This document shows positions 20,496-30,938 of a stretch of 64,000 bases of DNA, piece after piece (within the stretch, counting starts at the first letter, position 1; each line of letters starts with the position of its first letter). The stretch comes from Candidatus Fervidifonticultor secundus. GTDB taxonomy: Bacteria; Sysuimicrobiota; Sysuimicrobiia; Sysuimicrobiales; Humicultoraceae. A program made the position numbers and the translations under genes. The stretch is from contig JAVKIP010000002.1 of assembly GCA_031459385.1 (NCBI GenBank), positions 160,355 through 224,354 on the forward strand, written 5' to 3'. The notes below the pieces were generated by a model, which was given only the letters and a program-made list of their open reading frames with translations, was not told the origin of the DNA and made no database searches.

Positions 20496-20588
20496 TACGC
20501 TCCTCCATGCCGGTTCGCCGGCGCCAGGATGACGCCCGCACCCGAGCGCCCGCCGGAGGCGCGGCGCGCCCAGCCGGGGCCACCGCCC

Positions 20589-20618
20589 ATCGTACCACCG
20601 TGCGGGGACGGCAGTAAA
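20589..20618 (-). promoter_or_regulatory. Putative rpsO promoter
   Basis: TTTACT, 18 nt, TG-extended TACGAT. Confidence 0.55.
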
Positions 20619-20675
20619 CCTTTGGGACGGAGTTCTTGCTATAAAAATCCATTAATATAGCGTCGTTTTTCAACA

Positions 20676-21623
20676 TTATAGTTGATACATATTGATCTTC
20701 ACATTAGCCAGGAGATCCCTCGAGCGTGCGATGTCCGCGACGATCTGGCGCCGCAGCGCGTCGACGTCGGCAAAGCGCATCTCAGGGCGCAGCCGCTCCA
20801 CGAACGCGACCTCGAGGTGCTGACCATAGAGGTCGGCCTCGATGTCGATCAGGTGGACCTCCACCACGAGTCTTGCGCCGTCGAAGGTCGGGCGCAAACC
20901 GATGTTCACCGCGGCCGGAGCGGTCGTCGCCCCGACGGTCGCGTAAGCAGCGTACACGCCTCGGGCCGGGATGACCTTGTCCCTGGGCACGTCCAGGTTC
21001 GCCGTAGGGATGCCCAGGCGCCGGCCGCGGCCTTCCCCGACCACCACCCGTCCCCCCAGGCCGTACCACCGTCCCAGCCACCGCGCGGCCGTGCGCACGT
21101 CGCCCTCCCGGAGGCGCGCGCGGATCGCGGTACTGCTGATCGGCGTGCCCTCATCCTCCACGAGCGGCACCACGGTGACGCTCAGCCCATGCGCCGCAGC
21201 CCAGGCCTGCAGAAACCCGGCGGAACCCTCGCGGTGGCGGCCGAACGTGTGGGTCGTCGCACTGACGAGGTGCCGCGGCGCGACCTGTCGATGCAGCCGC
21301 TCGAGCCAGGCGGCAGCATCCAGCCCGCGCACCTCCTCGTCAAACCGCACGACCAGAGTCAGGTCCACGCCGGCGCGCTCGAGCAGCCGCAGACGCTCCT
21401 CCATCGTGGTCAGCAGGAACGGCTCCTGGGGAGGGGCCACCACCACCAGGGGGTGGGGATCGAACGTCATCACCGCCGCCACGCCGCCCCCCATGGCCGC
21501 CTCGGCCCGAAGCGCTGTAATGACGGCCTGGTGACCCCGGTGGAGGCCGTCGAACGTACCCAACGCCAGATAGACGGGCCGGTCAAGGGGGGCGAAAGCC
21601 TCTAGACCGTAGACGACCTTCAT
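20676..21623 (-). CDS. ribF: Bifunctional riboflavin kinase/FAD synthetase
   Basis: LGTFDGLHRGHQ, TFDPHP, ISST.IR, G.PTAN, GVY, E.HL.D; ATG 21623 overlaps truB stop. Confidence 0.96.
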   Translation of the reverse strand: MKVVYGLEAFAPLDRPVYLALGTFDGLHRGHQAVITALRAEAAMGGGVAAVMTFDPHPLVVVAPPQEPFLLTTMEERLRLLERAGVDLTLVVRFDEEVRGLDAAAWLERLHRQVAPRHLVSATTHTFGRHREGSAGFLQAWAAAHGLSVTVVPLVEDEGTPISSTAIRARLREGDVRTAARWLGRWYGLGGRVVVGEGRGRRLGIPTANLDVPRDKVIPARGVYAAYATVGATTAPAAVNIGLRPTFDGARLVVEVHLIDIEADLYGQHLEVAFVERLRPEMRFADVDALRRQIVADIARSRDLLANVKINMYQL

Positions 21624-22558
21624 GCTCCCGGGGCTCCTCGGACGACGCGAAACGGCCGCAGCCGCCCGGCCTCGACCTTGCCCAGCGCCACCAGGCCCCG
21701 GTGGTCCCGCAGGCGGATCGGTCGCCCCACAGGCAGGCGGGCCCATCCGGGGACCTGGACCAGCAGCAGGGGCCGTCCCTGCAGCACCTGCTGGCGTTGC
21801 GCTGGCGTGAGATCCACCGCCGGAAGATCCCCCAGGGCGTCGTCCGGGGAAACGAGCAGCATGGGCAGCCTTCCGGCGTCCGCCGCCTCGGCGATCTCTT
21901 CCAGGGTGAGGCTGCTCTCCAGCGTAAAGCGTCCCGAGCGTGTGCGGAGCACGAACGACGCGTGGGCCGGCACACCCACCCGTTGGCCCAGGTCCCGGGC
22001 CAGCGCCCGCACGTAGGTGCCCTTCGAGCACTCGATCTGGACCAGCACCCGGGCGCGGGGCCCCGGGACGAACTCCAGCAGCCGACACTCGCTGATCTCT
22101 ACCCGTCGGGCGGGGACCTCCACATGCTGCCCGCGCCGCGCGTGTTCGTAGAGCCGGCGGCCGCCGCGGTGGATCGCCGAGACCAGAGGCGGCACCTGCT
22201 CCAGGACGCCGACGAACCCTGCCAGCCCGGCTTCCACCGTCGCCCGGTCGAGGCGGGAGGCGTCCGCCTCGGCCACCACCGTGCCGTACGCGTCGCCGGA
22301 GTCCGTAGCCAGCCCAAACGTGAACTCGGCCCGATATCCCTTGTCGCGCTCGGTGAGGAGGTCTGCGATCCGCGTGGCGCGCCCCAGGCAGAGCACGAGC
22401 ACCCCACACGCCCCGGGATCCAGGGTGCCGGTATGCCCGATGCGCCGCTGCCCGGTGAGCCGCCTGAGCGTGTCGACCACGTCGTGGGACGTCATGCCCG
22501 GCGGCTTCAGCACGTTGAGCACGCCGGTGTAGAGCTCGGCGGCCGGCTTAGCCCGCAT
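21620..22558 (-). CDS. truB: tRNA pseudouridine(55) synthase
   Basis: KPPGMTSHDVV, GHTGTLDP, CSKGTYVR.L. Confidence 0.97.
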   Translation of the reverse strand: MRAKPAAELYTGVLNVLKPPGMTSHDVVDTLRRLTGQRRIGHTGTLDPGACGVLVLCLGRATRIADLLTERDKGYRAEFTFGLATDSGDAYGTVVAEADASRLDRATVEAGLAGFVGVLEQVPPLVSAIHRGGRRLYEHARRGQHVEVPARRVEISECRLLEFVPGPRARVLVQIECSKGTYVRALARDLGQRVGVPAHASFVLRTRSGRFTLESSLTLEEIAEAADAGRLPMLLVSPDDALGDLPAVDLTPAQRQQVLQGRPLLLVQVPGWARLPVGRPIRLRDHRGLVALGKVEAGRLRPFRVVRGAPGA

Positions 22559-23525
22559 CGCGACGCTCCCCGACCTCGGATGCTGCAGCCGCCAGCACCT
22601 GCTGCAGCACGGCGTCGAGCGGCGCCCGCACCTGCGCGCCGGCCGCGGCCGCATGCCCTCCCCCGCCCAACTGGGCAGCGACCCGGTCTGCCCGCACGCC
22701 GTCGCGCGCACGGAGCGAGACGCGGACGCCCCCGACGTGTTCCTCCAGAACCACGGCCAGGCGGACGCCGGCGATCGTCCGCAACGCGGCCGCGATGCCT
22801 GCGGCCTCGTCTGCGCCGGGCCCGGCGGCCGCGCGCATGGCCGGCATCACCACCGCGACCGCCACGGCGCCGCCCAGGTGGAGCTGGCATGAGGCCAACG
22901 CCGCGCCCAGCAGGCGCATCGCGCCCACGGGCTGCTCTTCGTAGACCCGGCGCACGATCTCCGCGAGATCGGCTCCCCGCTCCATCAGTTCCGCGGCCAG
23001 GCGCAACACGCGCGGGGTAGTGTTCGCGTACCGGAAGATACCGGTGTCCGTGGTCACGGCCACCAGGAGCGCCTGCGCCATGGCCGCATCGAGCGTCACG
23101 CCCAGGAGGGCAATGAGCTCCGTGACCTGCTCACCGACGGCCGCGGCAGCGGGATCCCAGTCGGTCAGGTCCGCGTAGGGTTGGTGCTCGGCGTGGTGGT
23201 CGATGGCGATGATCATCGGTGCCCGCGCGACGTCCGCGGCGAGCGCGCCGGCGCGTGCCAACGTACCGCACTCCAGGGTCACGGCCACGTCGGGCTGCCA
23301 GGCACCGGGCACCGCCGTTACCACGTGCTCCGCACCGGGGAGGACGCGCAGCCCCGACGGCACCGCCTCGGGACTGGCCACGAGGGCCTCCCGACCCAGC
23401 ACGGCCAGTGCGCGCGCCAGCGCCAGCGCCGACCCCAGGCAGTCGCCGTCCGGCGCCTCGTGACACACCAGGAGCGTGCGCGCGCTACGGGCGAGAACCT
23501 GAGCGATCGCCGCCCTGGGGGTCAC
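22548..23525 (-). CDS. nrnA: DHH family phosphoesterase (NrnA-like)
   Basis: H..PDGD..GS, IDHH, TDTG.F, GGGGH..AAG; rbfA-DHH-truB synteny. Confidence 0.88.
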   Translation of the reverse strand: MTPRAAIAQVLARSARTLLVCHEAPDGDCLGSALALARALAVLGREALVASPEAVPSGLRVLPGAEHVVTAVPGAWQPDVAVTLECGTLARAGALAADVARAPMIIAIDHHAEHQPYADLTDWDPAAAAVGEQVTELIALLGVTLDAAMAQALLVAVTTDTGIFRYANTTPRVLRLAAELMERGADLAEIVRRVYEEQPVGAMRLLGAALASCQLHLGGAVAVAVVMPAMRAAAGPGADEAAGIAAALRTIAGVRLAVVLEEHVGGVRVSLRARDGVRADRVAAQLGGGGHAAAAGAQVRAPLDAVLQQVLAAAASEVGERRDAG

Positions 23526-23871
23526 GGGAGGGTTCCTCTGCCAGTTCCCGCAGCAGCGAGGTGATGCGGACACCCCGCTCGATGGACGGATCCAGCCGGA
23601 AGACGATCTCGGGCACCAGGCGGATGCCCAACCGGGGCCCCAGGAGCGAGCGAACATACCCGGTGGCGTGCTCGAGACCTTCCATGGTGCGCTGCTTGGC
23701 CGCCGCATCGCCCAGGACGCTGACGAAGATGCGGGCATGCCGCAGGTCCTGGCTCACCTCCACGTCGGTCACCGAGACGAACCCGATGCGGGGATCCCTC
23801 AGGGTGCGGATGATGGCGCTGACCTCGGTCCGGATGACCTCGGCCAGCCGCGCCGCGCGGGGATGAGGCAT
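23485..23871 (-). CDS. rbfA: Ribosome-binding factor A
   Basis: DPRIGFVSVT.V.VS.DL..A.IF.S, R..P.I.F..D.S. Confidence 0.96.
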   Translation of the reverse strand: MPHPRAARLAEVIRTEVSAIIRTLRDPRIGFVSVTDVEVSQDLRHARIFVSVLGDAAAKQRTMEGLEHATGYVRSLLGPRLGIRLVPEIVFRLDPSIERGVRITSLLRELAEEPSRDPQGGDRSGSRP

Positions 23872-23887
23872 AGGGCGGCTCGCTCCC

Positions 23888-24175
23888 CTACCGGATCTCG
23901 ACCTGGTAGTCCACGAGCACCATGTCGCTCTGGTGCTCCACGAAGCGGTGGATCTCCGCCAGGATCTGGTGGGCGTGCCGGCCCGACGTGCTGATGCAGG
24001 CAAACGCCACGGCCGCCCGCGTCCAGACCTCATGGTGGTCCACCTCGGCGGCCGAGACCCGGAAGCGATGCTGGGCGCGCTCCACCAGGCTCTTGACGAG
24101 CCGGCGCTTGTCCTTCAGACCTCGGGCACCGGGCAGGCTCAACTCCGCCCTGGCCACGCCAACGACGATCGCCAC
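23888..24175 (-). CDS. DUF503 (YlxP) family protein
   Basis: L.LPG...LK.KR..VK, F.VS.AEV; located between infB and rbfA. Confidence 0.9.
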   Translation of the reverse strand: MAIVVGVARAELSLPGARGLKDKRRLVKSLVERAQHRFRVSAAEVDHHEVWTRAAVAFACISTSGRHAHQILAEIHRFVEHQSDMVLVDYQVEIR

Positions 24176-24184
24176 GCCTCCTCG

Positions 24185-26728
24185 CTACGCCGGGACCTGC
24201 TGGACCTCGAAGGCTTCGATGAGATCGCCTTCCTTGACGTCGTTGAAACGCTCCAGACCGACGCCGCACTCGAAACCTTCGGTCACCTCGCGCACGTCGT
24301 CCTTGAAGCGACGGAGCGACGCGATGCGGCCCTGGTAGACCACCGCACCGTCCCGGATGAGCCGCGCCTGCGCGCCGCGCACGAGCTTTCCCGTAGTCAC
24401 GTACGACCCGGCGATGGCCCCCACGCGCGAAATCGTGAAGACCTTGCGCACCTCGGCCTGCCCCAGCGTCACTTCCTCCTCGCGGGGCGCCAGCAAACCC
24501 CGCTGCAGCTGCGCCAGATCGTCCAGGGCCTCGTAGATTAGGCGATAGAGGCGCACGTCGACCCGGGCCTGCTCGGCGACGCGGCGCACCTGGGCATCGG
24601 GCCGGACATTGAAACCCACGACGACTGCCCGGCTGGCCGCTGCCAGCATCACGTCCGACTCGGTCACGGTGCCGACAGCGGCGTGGAGGATCGAGAAGGT
24701 GACCTCGGGCGTCGAGAGCCGGCCCACGGCCGCCGTCAGGGCCTCCACGGATCCGTGGGTATCGGCCTTGACGATCAACCGGAGTTCCTTGGGGCCGCCT
24801 GTGGTCTCCTCGGCCGCCACCGTAGGCCGTGCAGCCTGCTCGGCAGCCCGCCGTCGCTCCCGGCGCTCCTCGGCGATGGCCTTGGCCATCCGTTCGTCGC
24901 GCACAGCTTCCAGCAGGTCGCCGGCGGTGGGCACGTCCTCCAGGCCGACGACTTCCACGGGCATGGACGGCGTGGCGGCATCGATGCGCCGCCCGCGGGC
25001 GTCCACCATGGCCCGCACACGGCCGGCGATCTCGTTGACCACGATGGCATCGCCGACGCGGAGGGTACCTTCCTGGACGATGACGGTGGCCACCGGCCCA
25101 CGGCCCCGGTCCAGCCGGGCTTCGATCACCGTCCCCCGGGCCGGCCGGTCGACGTCCGCCCGCAGCTCCTGCAGATCGGCCACCAGCAGGATCATCTCCA
25201 GCAGCTGGTCGATCCCCGTGCGCTGGCGCGCGGAGACCGGGACCATGATCACATCGCCGCCCCAGTCCTCCGGCACGAGCCCCAGCTCGGCCAGTTGCTG
25301 CTTCACCCGATCGGGATTCGCCTGCGGCAGGTCGATCTTGTTGATGGCCACGATAATGGGCACGCCGGCGGCCCGGGCATGGTTGATCGCCTCGATCGTC
25401 TGGGGCATGACGCCGTCGTCGGCCGCGACTACCAGCACGGCCACGTCGGTCACCTGCGCGCCCCGGGCGCGGAGCGCGGTAAATGCTTCGTGGCCGGGCG
25501 TGTCAATGAACACGACCGGCCGACCGTCAGCCGTCTCGACCACCGACGCCCCGATGTGCTGCGTGATGCCGCCGAACTCGCCCTCGGCCACCTTGGTGCG
25601 CCGGATGGCGTCCAGCAACGAGGTCTTCCCATGGTCGACGTGCCCCATGACCGTGACCACCGGTGGCCGCGGCGGCGCACTCTCTCCCGCCGCCACCGCC
25701 AGGCGCTGAATCCTGGGCGCGGCCGGCTCCGTGGCGGCCTCGGGCCGCCGCACGCTGGTCCCGAACGACTCCGCGACCTTCTGGGCCAGCTCCGCGGGGA
25801 TCTGCTGGTTCACCCCGGCCAGTACCCCGTGATCCAGCAGGCGGCGCACGATCTCGCCCGTCTGCACCTGCAGCCTGGCCGCGAGGTCGCCCACCGTGAC
25901 CGGTCCGGCCAGCTCGATCTCGGCGGCGGCCGCCGGGGGGGCTTCCACAGAGGTCTCCTCGGCCCGGACCGGCCGACGCCGTCGCGGCGGCCGCCGGAAA
26001 TGCGGCCGCGGCTCGGGGCGCGCGACGGGCCGGGGCTCGGGCGGCTTGCGCCGATCAGGGGCCCGCGGTGGCGCCGGCCGCGGCGCCTCGGGCGCCACCG
26101 GTGGCAGCACGGTGACATCGAGCACCTCGCGGGCGGGCGCCTCGCGCGCCGCGTCGCGCCGCGGTGGCTTCACGGGCTGGATGCGCACCGCTTCCGACGG
26201 CACTTCGGGACGTGGCTTGCCGCGGGGCACCTCGGCGGGCGGTGCGGCGGGCGCAGATGGTGCTGCCGATGCGCTGGTCTGTGGGGGCGCCGGCGACGCC
26301 TGCGGGGGAGCAGCCGCGGCCGGCAGGGGGCCAGCCGTGGCCGGCGGCGCGGCCGCCGGGCCCTGCGCCGCAGGCCGGATGACGACTCTAGGGGGCGCTT
26401 CGGTCGCAGGCTTGCGCTCGGGCGGGGGCACGGGCTCGGCCGGCGGAGCGGGCGCCACGATCTTCCGGACGCCCAGGATGCGCTCGCCGGTCGGGGTCCG
26501 CGCGTCGATCCTGGGCTCGGCCGCCGGCGGCTGCGCAGGCGCTAGGGGCATAGGTGCGGCCTTCTTCCCCTTGGGCCGCGTGGCCGCCACGTGGAGGCGC
26601 ACGCGCTCCTCCTGGGCGACGGTGAGGCTGCTGCTGTGGCTCTTCACGGCAATCCTCAGGAGCCCCAGCGTATCCATGAGCTCCTTGGTCGAGAGCCCCA
26701 ACTCTTTCGCCAGCTCGTAGACCCGCAT
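24185..26728 (-). CDS. infB: Translation initiation factor IF-2
   Basis: [58 protein letters not shown]. Confidence 0.99.
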   Translation of the reverse strand: MRVYELAKELGLSTKELMDTLGLLRIAVKSHSSSLTVAQEERVRLHVAATRPKGKKAAPMPLAPAQPPAAEPRIDARTPTGERILGVRKIVAPAPPAEPVPPPERKPATEAPPRVVIRPAAQGPAAAPPATAGPLPAAAAPPQASPAPPQTSASAAPSAPAAPPAEVPRGKPRPEVPSEAVRIQPVKPPRRDAAREAPAREVLDVTVLPPVAPEAPRPAPPRAPDRRKPPEPRPVARPEPRPHFRRPPRRRRPVRAEETSVEAPPAAAAEIELAGPVTVGDLAARLQVQTGEIVRRLLDHGVLAGVNQQIPAELAQKVAESFGTSVRRPEAATEPAAPRIQRLAVAAGESAPPRPPVVTVMGHVDHGKTSLLDAIRRTKVAEGEFGGITQHIGASVVETADGRPVVFIDTPGHEAFTALRARGAQVTDVAVLVVAADDGVMPQTIEAINHARAAGVPIIVAINKIDLPQANPDRVKQQLAELGLVPEDWGGDVIMVPVSARQRTGIDQLLEMILLVADLQELRADVDRPARGTVIEARLDRGRGPVATVIVQEGTLRVGDAIVVNEIAGRVRAMVDARGRRIDAATPSMPVEVVGLEDVPTAGDLLEAVRDERMAKAIAEERRERRRAAEQAARPTVAAEETTGGPKELRLIVKADTHGSVEALTAAVGRLSTPEVTFSILHAAVGTVTESDVMLAAASRAVVVGFNVRPDAQVRRVAEQARVDVRLYRLIYEALDDLAQLQRGLLAPREEEVTLGQAEVRKVFTISRVGAIAGSYVTTGKLVRGAQARLIRDGAVVYQGRIASLRRFKDDVREVTEGFECGVGLERFNDVKEGDLIEAFEVQQVPA

Positions 26729-26737
26729 CCGCGCCTC

Positions 26738-27028
26738 CTAGTCCGCTCCCGGCACGCGCGTCCGCTGCGCCACCACGGCCTGCAGGTGCGCCACCACGTC
26801 GTCGGGGACCGCTACCTCCAGCGCGCGTTCCAGGCGGCCTTCCCGCACGGCCAGGGCGGCGCACGCCTCCGACGGGCAGACATACGCGCCGCGGCCCGCC
26901 ACTTTGCCGCTGACGTCCACGCGTACCTCCCCCGCCGGCGTGCGCACCACGCGGACCAATTCGCGCTTGGCCCGCATCTGGCGGCAGGCCACACACTGTC
27001 GCTGCGGGATGTGGCGCGCTCTGGGCAC
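26738..27028 (-). CDS. ylxR: YlxR family RNA-binding protein
   Basis: PQRQCVACR..K.EL.R.V, GRGAY.C...C. Confidence 0.93.
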   Translation of the reverse strand: MPRARHIPQRQCVACRQMRAKRELVRVVRTPAGEVRVDVSGKVAGRGAYVCPSEACAALAVREGRLERALEVAVPDDVVAHLQAVVAQRTRVPGAD

Positions 27029-27046
27029 CGGTCCTGCTGCTCCTGT

Positions 27047-28210
27047 CTACCCGGCCTGTTCCTCGGGGACGCCGGCGGTCGCCGCGGCCTCAGCCGGCGC
27101 GGCGTCGGCCACGGGCGCTGCGGCCACCGGCGCCTCCTCGGGCAGGTCGATGAAGATCTTCTGCGCCTCGATCTCCTTGATCTGCGACTCGCTCTTGATG
27201 TCGATCCGCCACCCGGTCAGCTTGGCGGCCAGCCGGGCATTCTGGCCTTCGCGGCCGATCGCCAGCGACAACTGATGATCGGGAACGATCACCAGCGCGG
27301 TCTTGGTCGGCTCCTGGATCTCCACCCGCACGACCTTGGCGGGGCTCAGGGCCGCGGCGACGAACTGAGCGATGTCAGGACTCCAGGCGACGATGTCGAT
27401 CTTCTCGCCCCGGAGCTCGTCCACGATGGCCTGGACGCGGGACCCCTTGGGCCCCACGCAGGCGCCCACCGCGTCCACGTTCCGATCGCGAGAAGCCACG
27501 GCGATTTTGCTGCGCGTGCCGGCCTCGCGGGCAATGGCTTTGATCTCCACGATGCCCTCGTAGACCTCGGGGACCTCCAGTTCGAACAGGCGCTTGAGCA
27601 GCCCGGGGTGGGTGCGCGAGACGACGATCTGCGGCCCGCGCGTGCCCTGGCGGACCTCCACGACGTAGGCCTTGACGCGCTCGCTCTGACGGTACGACTC
27701 GCGCGGAATCTGCTCGGGCGGCGGCAGGACCGCCTCGATGCGGCCCAGGTCCAGATAGACGTTCTTTCGCTCGATGCGCTGCACGATGCCCGTGACGATG
27801 TCCCCCTCGCGGTCGCGGAACTCCTTGTAGACGAGCTCCCGTTCGGCCTCCCGCAACCGCTGCACGACCACTTGTTTCGCGGTCTGTGCCGCGATCCGGC
27901 CGAAGTCCTTGGGGGTCACCTCCACCTCGACCATGTCACCTACCTGCGCGCTCGGATCCCACTCGCGCACCTGCTCCAGGGCGATCTGGGCCGTGGGATC
28001 CTCCACGTGCTCCACGACGGTACGCACCTGGTACGCGTGCATCTCCCCGGTGGCGCGATCCATCTCGATGCGCATGTTCTGCGCCGTCGAGCCGAAGTTC
28101 TTCTTGTACGCCGACAGCAAGGCCGCCTCGATCGCCTCGATGATCACGTCCTTGCTGATGCCCTTCTCCTCCTCGAGTTGCTCGAGGGCTCGCAGCAGCT
28201 CGACGTTCAT
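27047..28210 (-). CDS. nusA: Transcription termination factor NusA
   Basis: FGRIAAQTAKQV, AREAG.RSK.AV, GACVG..G.R, SLAIG..GQN.RLA..LTG. Confidence 0.99.
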   Translation of the reverse strand: MNVELLRALEQLEEEKGISKDVIIEAIEAALLSAYKKNFGSTAQNMRIEMDRATGEMHAYQVRTVVEHVEDPTAQIALEQVREWDPSAQVGDMVEVEVTPKDFGRIAAQTAKQVVVQRLREAERELVYKEFRDREGDIVTGIVQRIERKNVYLDLGRIEAVLPPPEQIPRESYRQSERVKAYVVEVRQGTRGPQIVVSRTHPGLLKRLFELEVPEVYEGIVEIKAIAREAGTRSKIAVASRDRNVDAVGACVGPKGSRVQAIVDELRGEKIDIVAWSPDIAQFVAAALSPAKVVRVEIQEPTKTALVIVPDHQLSLAIGREGQNARLAAKLTGWRIDIKSESQIKEIEAQKIFIDLPEEAPVAAAPVADAAPAEAAATAGVPEEQAG

Positions 28211-28722
28211 GGCCCAAGACGCCCTCCCCGGTCGAAGTCCTCCCGCAGGTCCTCCATCTCCACCACCAGCCGCGCGGTGGCAACCGCGTCCAGCGGCAGC
28301 CGCGCCCGCTCGGCATCAACGTCCAGGACGACGTCGCTGCCCTCCAGCCCCACCAGGCGCCCGCGCCACCGGCGGCGCCCGGTGATGGGCTCGCGCGTCA
28401 CGATCTCGACCTTGCGGCCCGCAAAGCGGACGAAATCCGCTGCACTCCGCAAGGGCCGGTCCAGCCCGGGGGAGGCCACTTCCAGGGTGTAGGCGTGCGG
28501 GATGGGGTCGTGCAGGTCCAGCGCGCGGCTCAGCTCCTCCGACACGCGCGCGCAGTCCTCGACCGACACGGCCACCGGGCCCTCCACCAGAACGCGCACC
28601 ACTGTCCGGCGGCCTTCGCCCAGGACGTCCACGCCGACCAGGGTCAGGCCATGCCGTCCCGCCACCGCCGCCGCCAGCGCCTCCACCTCCGTCGCCCACG
28701 CCGGGCCTCGACTCGTCATCAC
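28207..28722 (-). CDS. rimP: Ribosome maturation factor RimP
   Basis: V..C..VS..L...LD..DPI...Y.LEV.SPG.DRPL. Confidence 0.96.
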   Translation of the reverse strand: MMTSRGPAWATEVEALAAAVAGRHGLTLVGVDVLGEGRRTVVRVLVEGPVAVSVEDCARVSEELSRALDLHDPIPHAYTLEVASPGLDRPLRSAADFVRFAGRKVEIVTREPITGRRRWRGRLVGLEGSDVVLDVDAERARLPLDAVATARLVVEMEDLREDFDRGGRLGP

Positions 28723-28744
28723 GGATGTACCCGCGTCCCCTCAC

Positions 28745-28775
28745 AAAAAACGAGCGGGCACCCTCCACCCACTCG
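28745..28775 (-). terminator. rimP leader attenuator (intrinsic terminator in 5' UTR)
   Basis: CGAGTGGGT-loop-GCCCGCTCG hairpin then TTTTTT, between promoter and rimP start; resembles the known rimP/ylxS leader. Confidence 0.8.
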
Positions 28776-28826
28776 CATCGCACCTCCGGCCGGCATGCCG
28801 CCGACCCGTTGAGACCGATCGTGCTT

Positions 28827-28855
28827 ATGCTAACATAGCTGCCCGCCCCAGGCAA
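28827..28855 (-). promoter_or_regulatory. rimP-nusA-infB operon promoter
   Basis: TTGCCT, 17 nt, TG-extended TAGCAT. Confidence 0.65.
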
Positions 28856-28879
28856 GCGCGGGCCCGGGCTGCGCGTACC

Positions 28880-30187
28880 CTACGGGTACAGCCGGTTCAG
28901 TAGCCGGGGAAACGGCACGGCTTCGCGGACATGGTCCAACCGGCACAGCCAGGCCACGGTGCGCTCGATCCCAATGCCGAAGCCGGAGTGTGGCACGCTG
29001 CCGTACCGCCGCAGGTCGAGGTACCAGCGGTACGTGGCCTCAGGCAGTCCGTGCGCGACCAGGCGCCGGCGCAAGAGCCCCAGGTCGTGGATGCGCTGCC
29101 CGCCGCCGATGATCTCGCCGTACCCCTCGGGCGCCAGGAGATCGGCGCCCAGGACCACCTCGGGCCGCGCGGGATCGGGCTGCATGTAGAACGCCTTGCA
29201 CTGGGCCGGAAAGCGGTGCACGAACACCGGGCGGTCAAACGCCTCGCTGATGATCGTTTCTTCGTCCCCGCCCAGGTCCTCACCCCAGGCCACCGGCTTG
29301 CCGCGGGCCGCCAGCAGCGCCAGCGCCTCGTCGTACGAAATACGCGGGAACGGTGCCACCACGCGCTCCAGCAGCACCGGGTCGCGTTGGAGCACCTCCA
29401 GCTCACGTCGGCAGCGCTCGAGCACCCGGGCGACGACCGACGCCACGAACGCCTCGGCCAGCGCCAGGTACTCGTCGAACTCCATGAAGGCCGCCTCCGG
29501 CTCGAGCATCCAGAACTCGATGAGGTGGCGGCGCGTCTTGCTCTTCTCGGCGCGAAACGCGGGCCCGAAGCAGTAGACGCGCCCGAACGCCATGGCAGCC
29601 GCTTCGTTGTAGAGTTGGCCTGACTGTGTGAGGTACGCCGTCCCCAGGTCGAAGTACTGGGTGGCGAACAGCGTGGTCGTCCCCTCCACCGCCGCCGGCG
29701 TCAGGATCGGTGCGTCCACCCGCAGGAACCCGTGGCCATCGAGGTAGTCGGTCATGGCCCGAATCACCTCGGCGCGCACCCGCTGGATGGCGTGCTGACG
29801 GCGGCTGCGCAGCCACAGGTGCCGGTGGTCCATGAGGAACTCGATGCCGTGCTCCTTGGGCGTAATCGGGTACGCCTCGGCCTTGTGGACGACGCGCAAA
29901 CCGGTGGCAGCCAGCTCGACGCCGCCCGGCGCGCGGCGGTCGGCGCGCACACGACCGACGAGGATTAGGCTGCTCTCCAGCGGGAGGCGGTCTGCGGTGG
30001 CGAACACCTCGTCCGGGACGTCCTGCTTGCCCATGACGGCCTGGACCAGGCCCGTGCCGTCACGGATCAGCAAGAAGTGGATCTTGCCGCTGCTGCGGCG
30101 GTTCGTCAGCCACCCCCGCACCTCGACCTCCTGGTCGAGGTGCTGCGGCAGGAGGTCCACGGCGACCGCGGGGGGCCTGGTCAACAC
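28880..30187 (-). CDS. asnS: Asparagine--tRNA ligase
   Basis: OB fold (F...RDGTG), [44 protein letters not shown]. Confidence 0.96.
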   Translation of the reverse strand: MLTRPPAVAVDLLPQHLDQEVEVRGWLTNRRSSGKIHFLLIRDGTGLVQAVMGKQDVPDEVFATADRLPLESSLILVGRVRADRRAPGGVELAATGLRVVHKAEAYPITPKEHGIEFLMDHRHLWLRSRRQHAIQRVRAEVIRAMTDYLDGHGFLRVDAPILTPAAVEGTTTLFATQYFDLGTAYLTQSGQLYNEAAAMAFGRVYCFGPAFRAEKSKTRRHLIEFWMLEPEAAFMEFDEYLALAEAFVASVVARVLERCRRELEVLQRDPVLLERVVAPFPRISYDEALALLAARGKPVAWGEDLGGDEETIISEAFDRPVFVHRFPAQCKAFYMQPDPARPEVVLGADLLAPEGYGEIIGGGQRIHDLGLLRRRLVAHGLPEATYRWYLDLRRYGSVPHSGFGIGIERTVAWLCRLDHVREAVPFPRLLNRLYP

Positions 30188-30244
30188 GGCCGCGACCTGC
30201 CCCCAGGGACCGACGGTTCGTCCGCAGAACTAGCGCCCGGACGG

Positions 30245-30889
30245 GTGGCCAACGGCGCCGTGATCGTCATCTTCGACCTCGACAACACCCTGGTGGACTC
30301 GAGCATCGACTTCGCGGCCCTGCGCAGGGCGCTGCTCGATCTCTGGGAGACGGCCGGGCCGCTGCCGGCGCCGCGGGAGGACTTGGTGCGCCTGGCGATC
30401 CCGGAGATCGTCGCGAGGCTGACGGCGGCTGCGCCCGCGCTCGCGCCGGCCGCCTGGGCCCTGGTGGAACGCTTCGAGGTCGAGGGCCTGCGCGATGCCC
30501 GTCCGGTCCCCGATGCCGCCCGGGTGCTCGCGACCCTGGCCGCCCGCGGCGTGCGCATCGCCGTGCTCACCAACAACAGCCGTGCCGCGGCCCGCGCCGC
30601 CCTGGACGCCGGAGGCCTGGCACCGTACGTGACAGTGCTGGTCGGCCGTGAGGATGTGCCTGCGCTGAAACCGGACCCCGCCGGTGTACGCCAGATCGTG
30701 GCGCGACTGGGCCCGGGGACCCCGTACGTGGTAGGCGACTCCTGGATCGACGCTGCCGCCGCCGCGGCGGCCGGGGTCCGATTCGTGGGCGTCGGGCGGC
30801 GCCGGGCAGACGTCGAAGCCCGAGGCATCCGCCCGTGGGCATGGATCTCCCGTCTGGAGGACCTGCTCACCGTCGATCTGCGGGCCTGA
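30245..30889 (+). CDS. HAD family hydrolase (phosphoglycolate phosphatase-like)
   Basis: FDLDNTL, LTNN, KPDP, VGDS..D; start 30245 or 30260. Confidence 0.9.
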   Translation: MANGAVIVIFDLDNTLVDSSIDFAALRRALLDLWETAGPLPAPREDLVRLAIPEIVARLTAAAPALAPAAWALVERFEVEGLRDARPVPDAARVLATLAARGVRIAVLTNNSRAAARAALDAGGLAPYVTVLVGREDVPALKPDPAGVRQIVARLGPGTPYVVGDSWIDAAAAAAAGVRFVGVGRRRADVEARGIRPWAWISRLEDLLTVDLRA

Positions 30890-30938
30890 CCGCGACGGCT
30901 CACCGGCCCGGGCACCCCGTGCCTCCTCGTTGCCCGCG

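Noticed and set aside
20660..20690. dif (XerCD) site or oriC in the AT-rich patch
   Set aside because: Does not fit the ATAAT-N6-TTATG arrangement and no DnaA boxes seen; kept only as an unexplained AT-rich palindrome.
20676..22409. Apparent N-terminal extensions or fusions in the ORF track (ribF 577 aa, aspS 827 aa, RibD-like 471 aa, ung 416 aa, DUF72 541 aa)
   Set aside because: The extensions overlap neighbouring real genes in other frames; true starts lie downstream.
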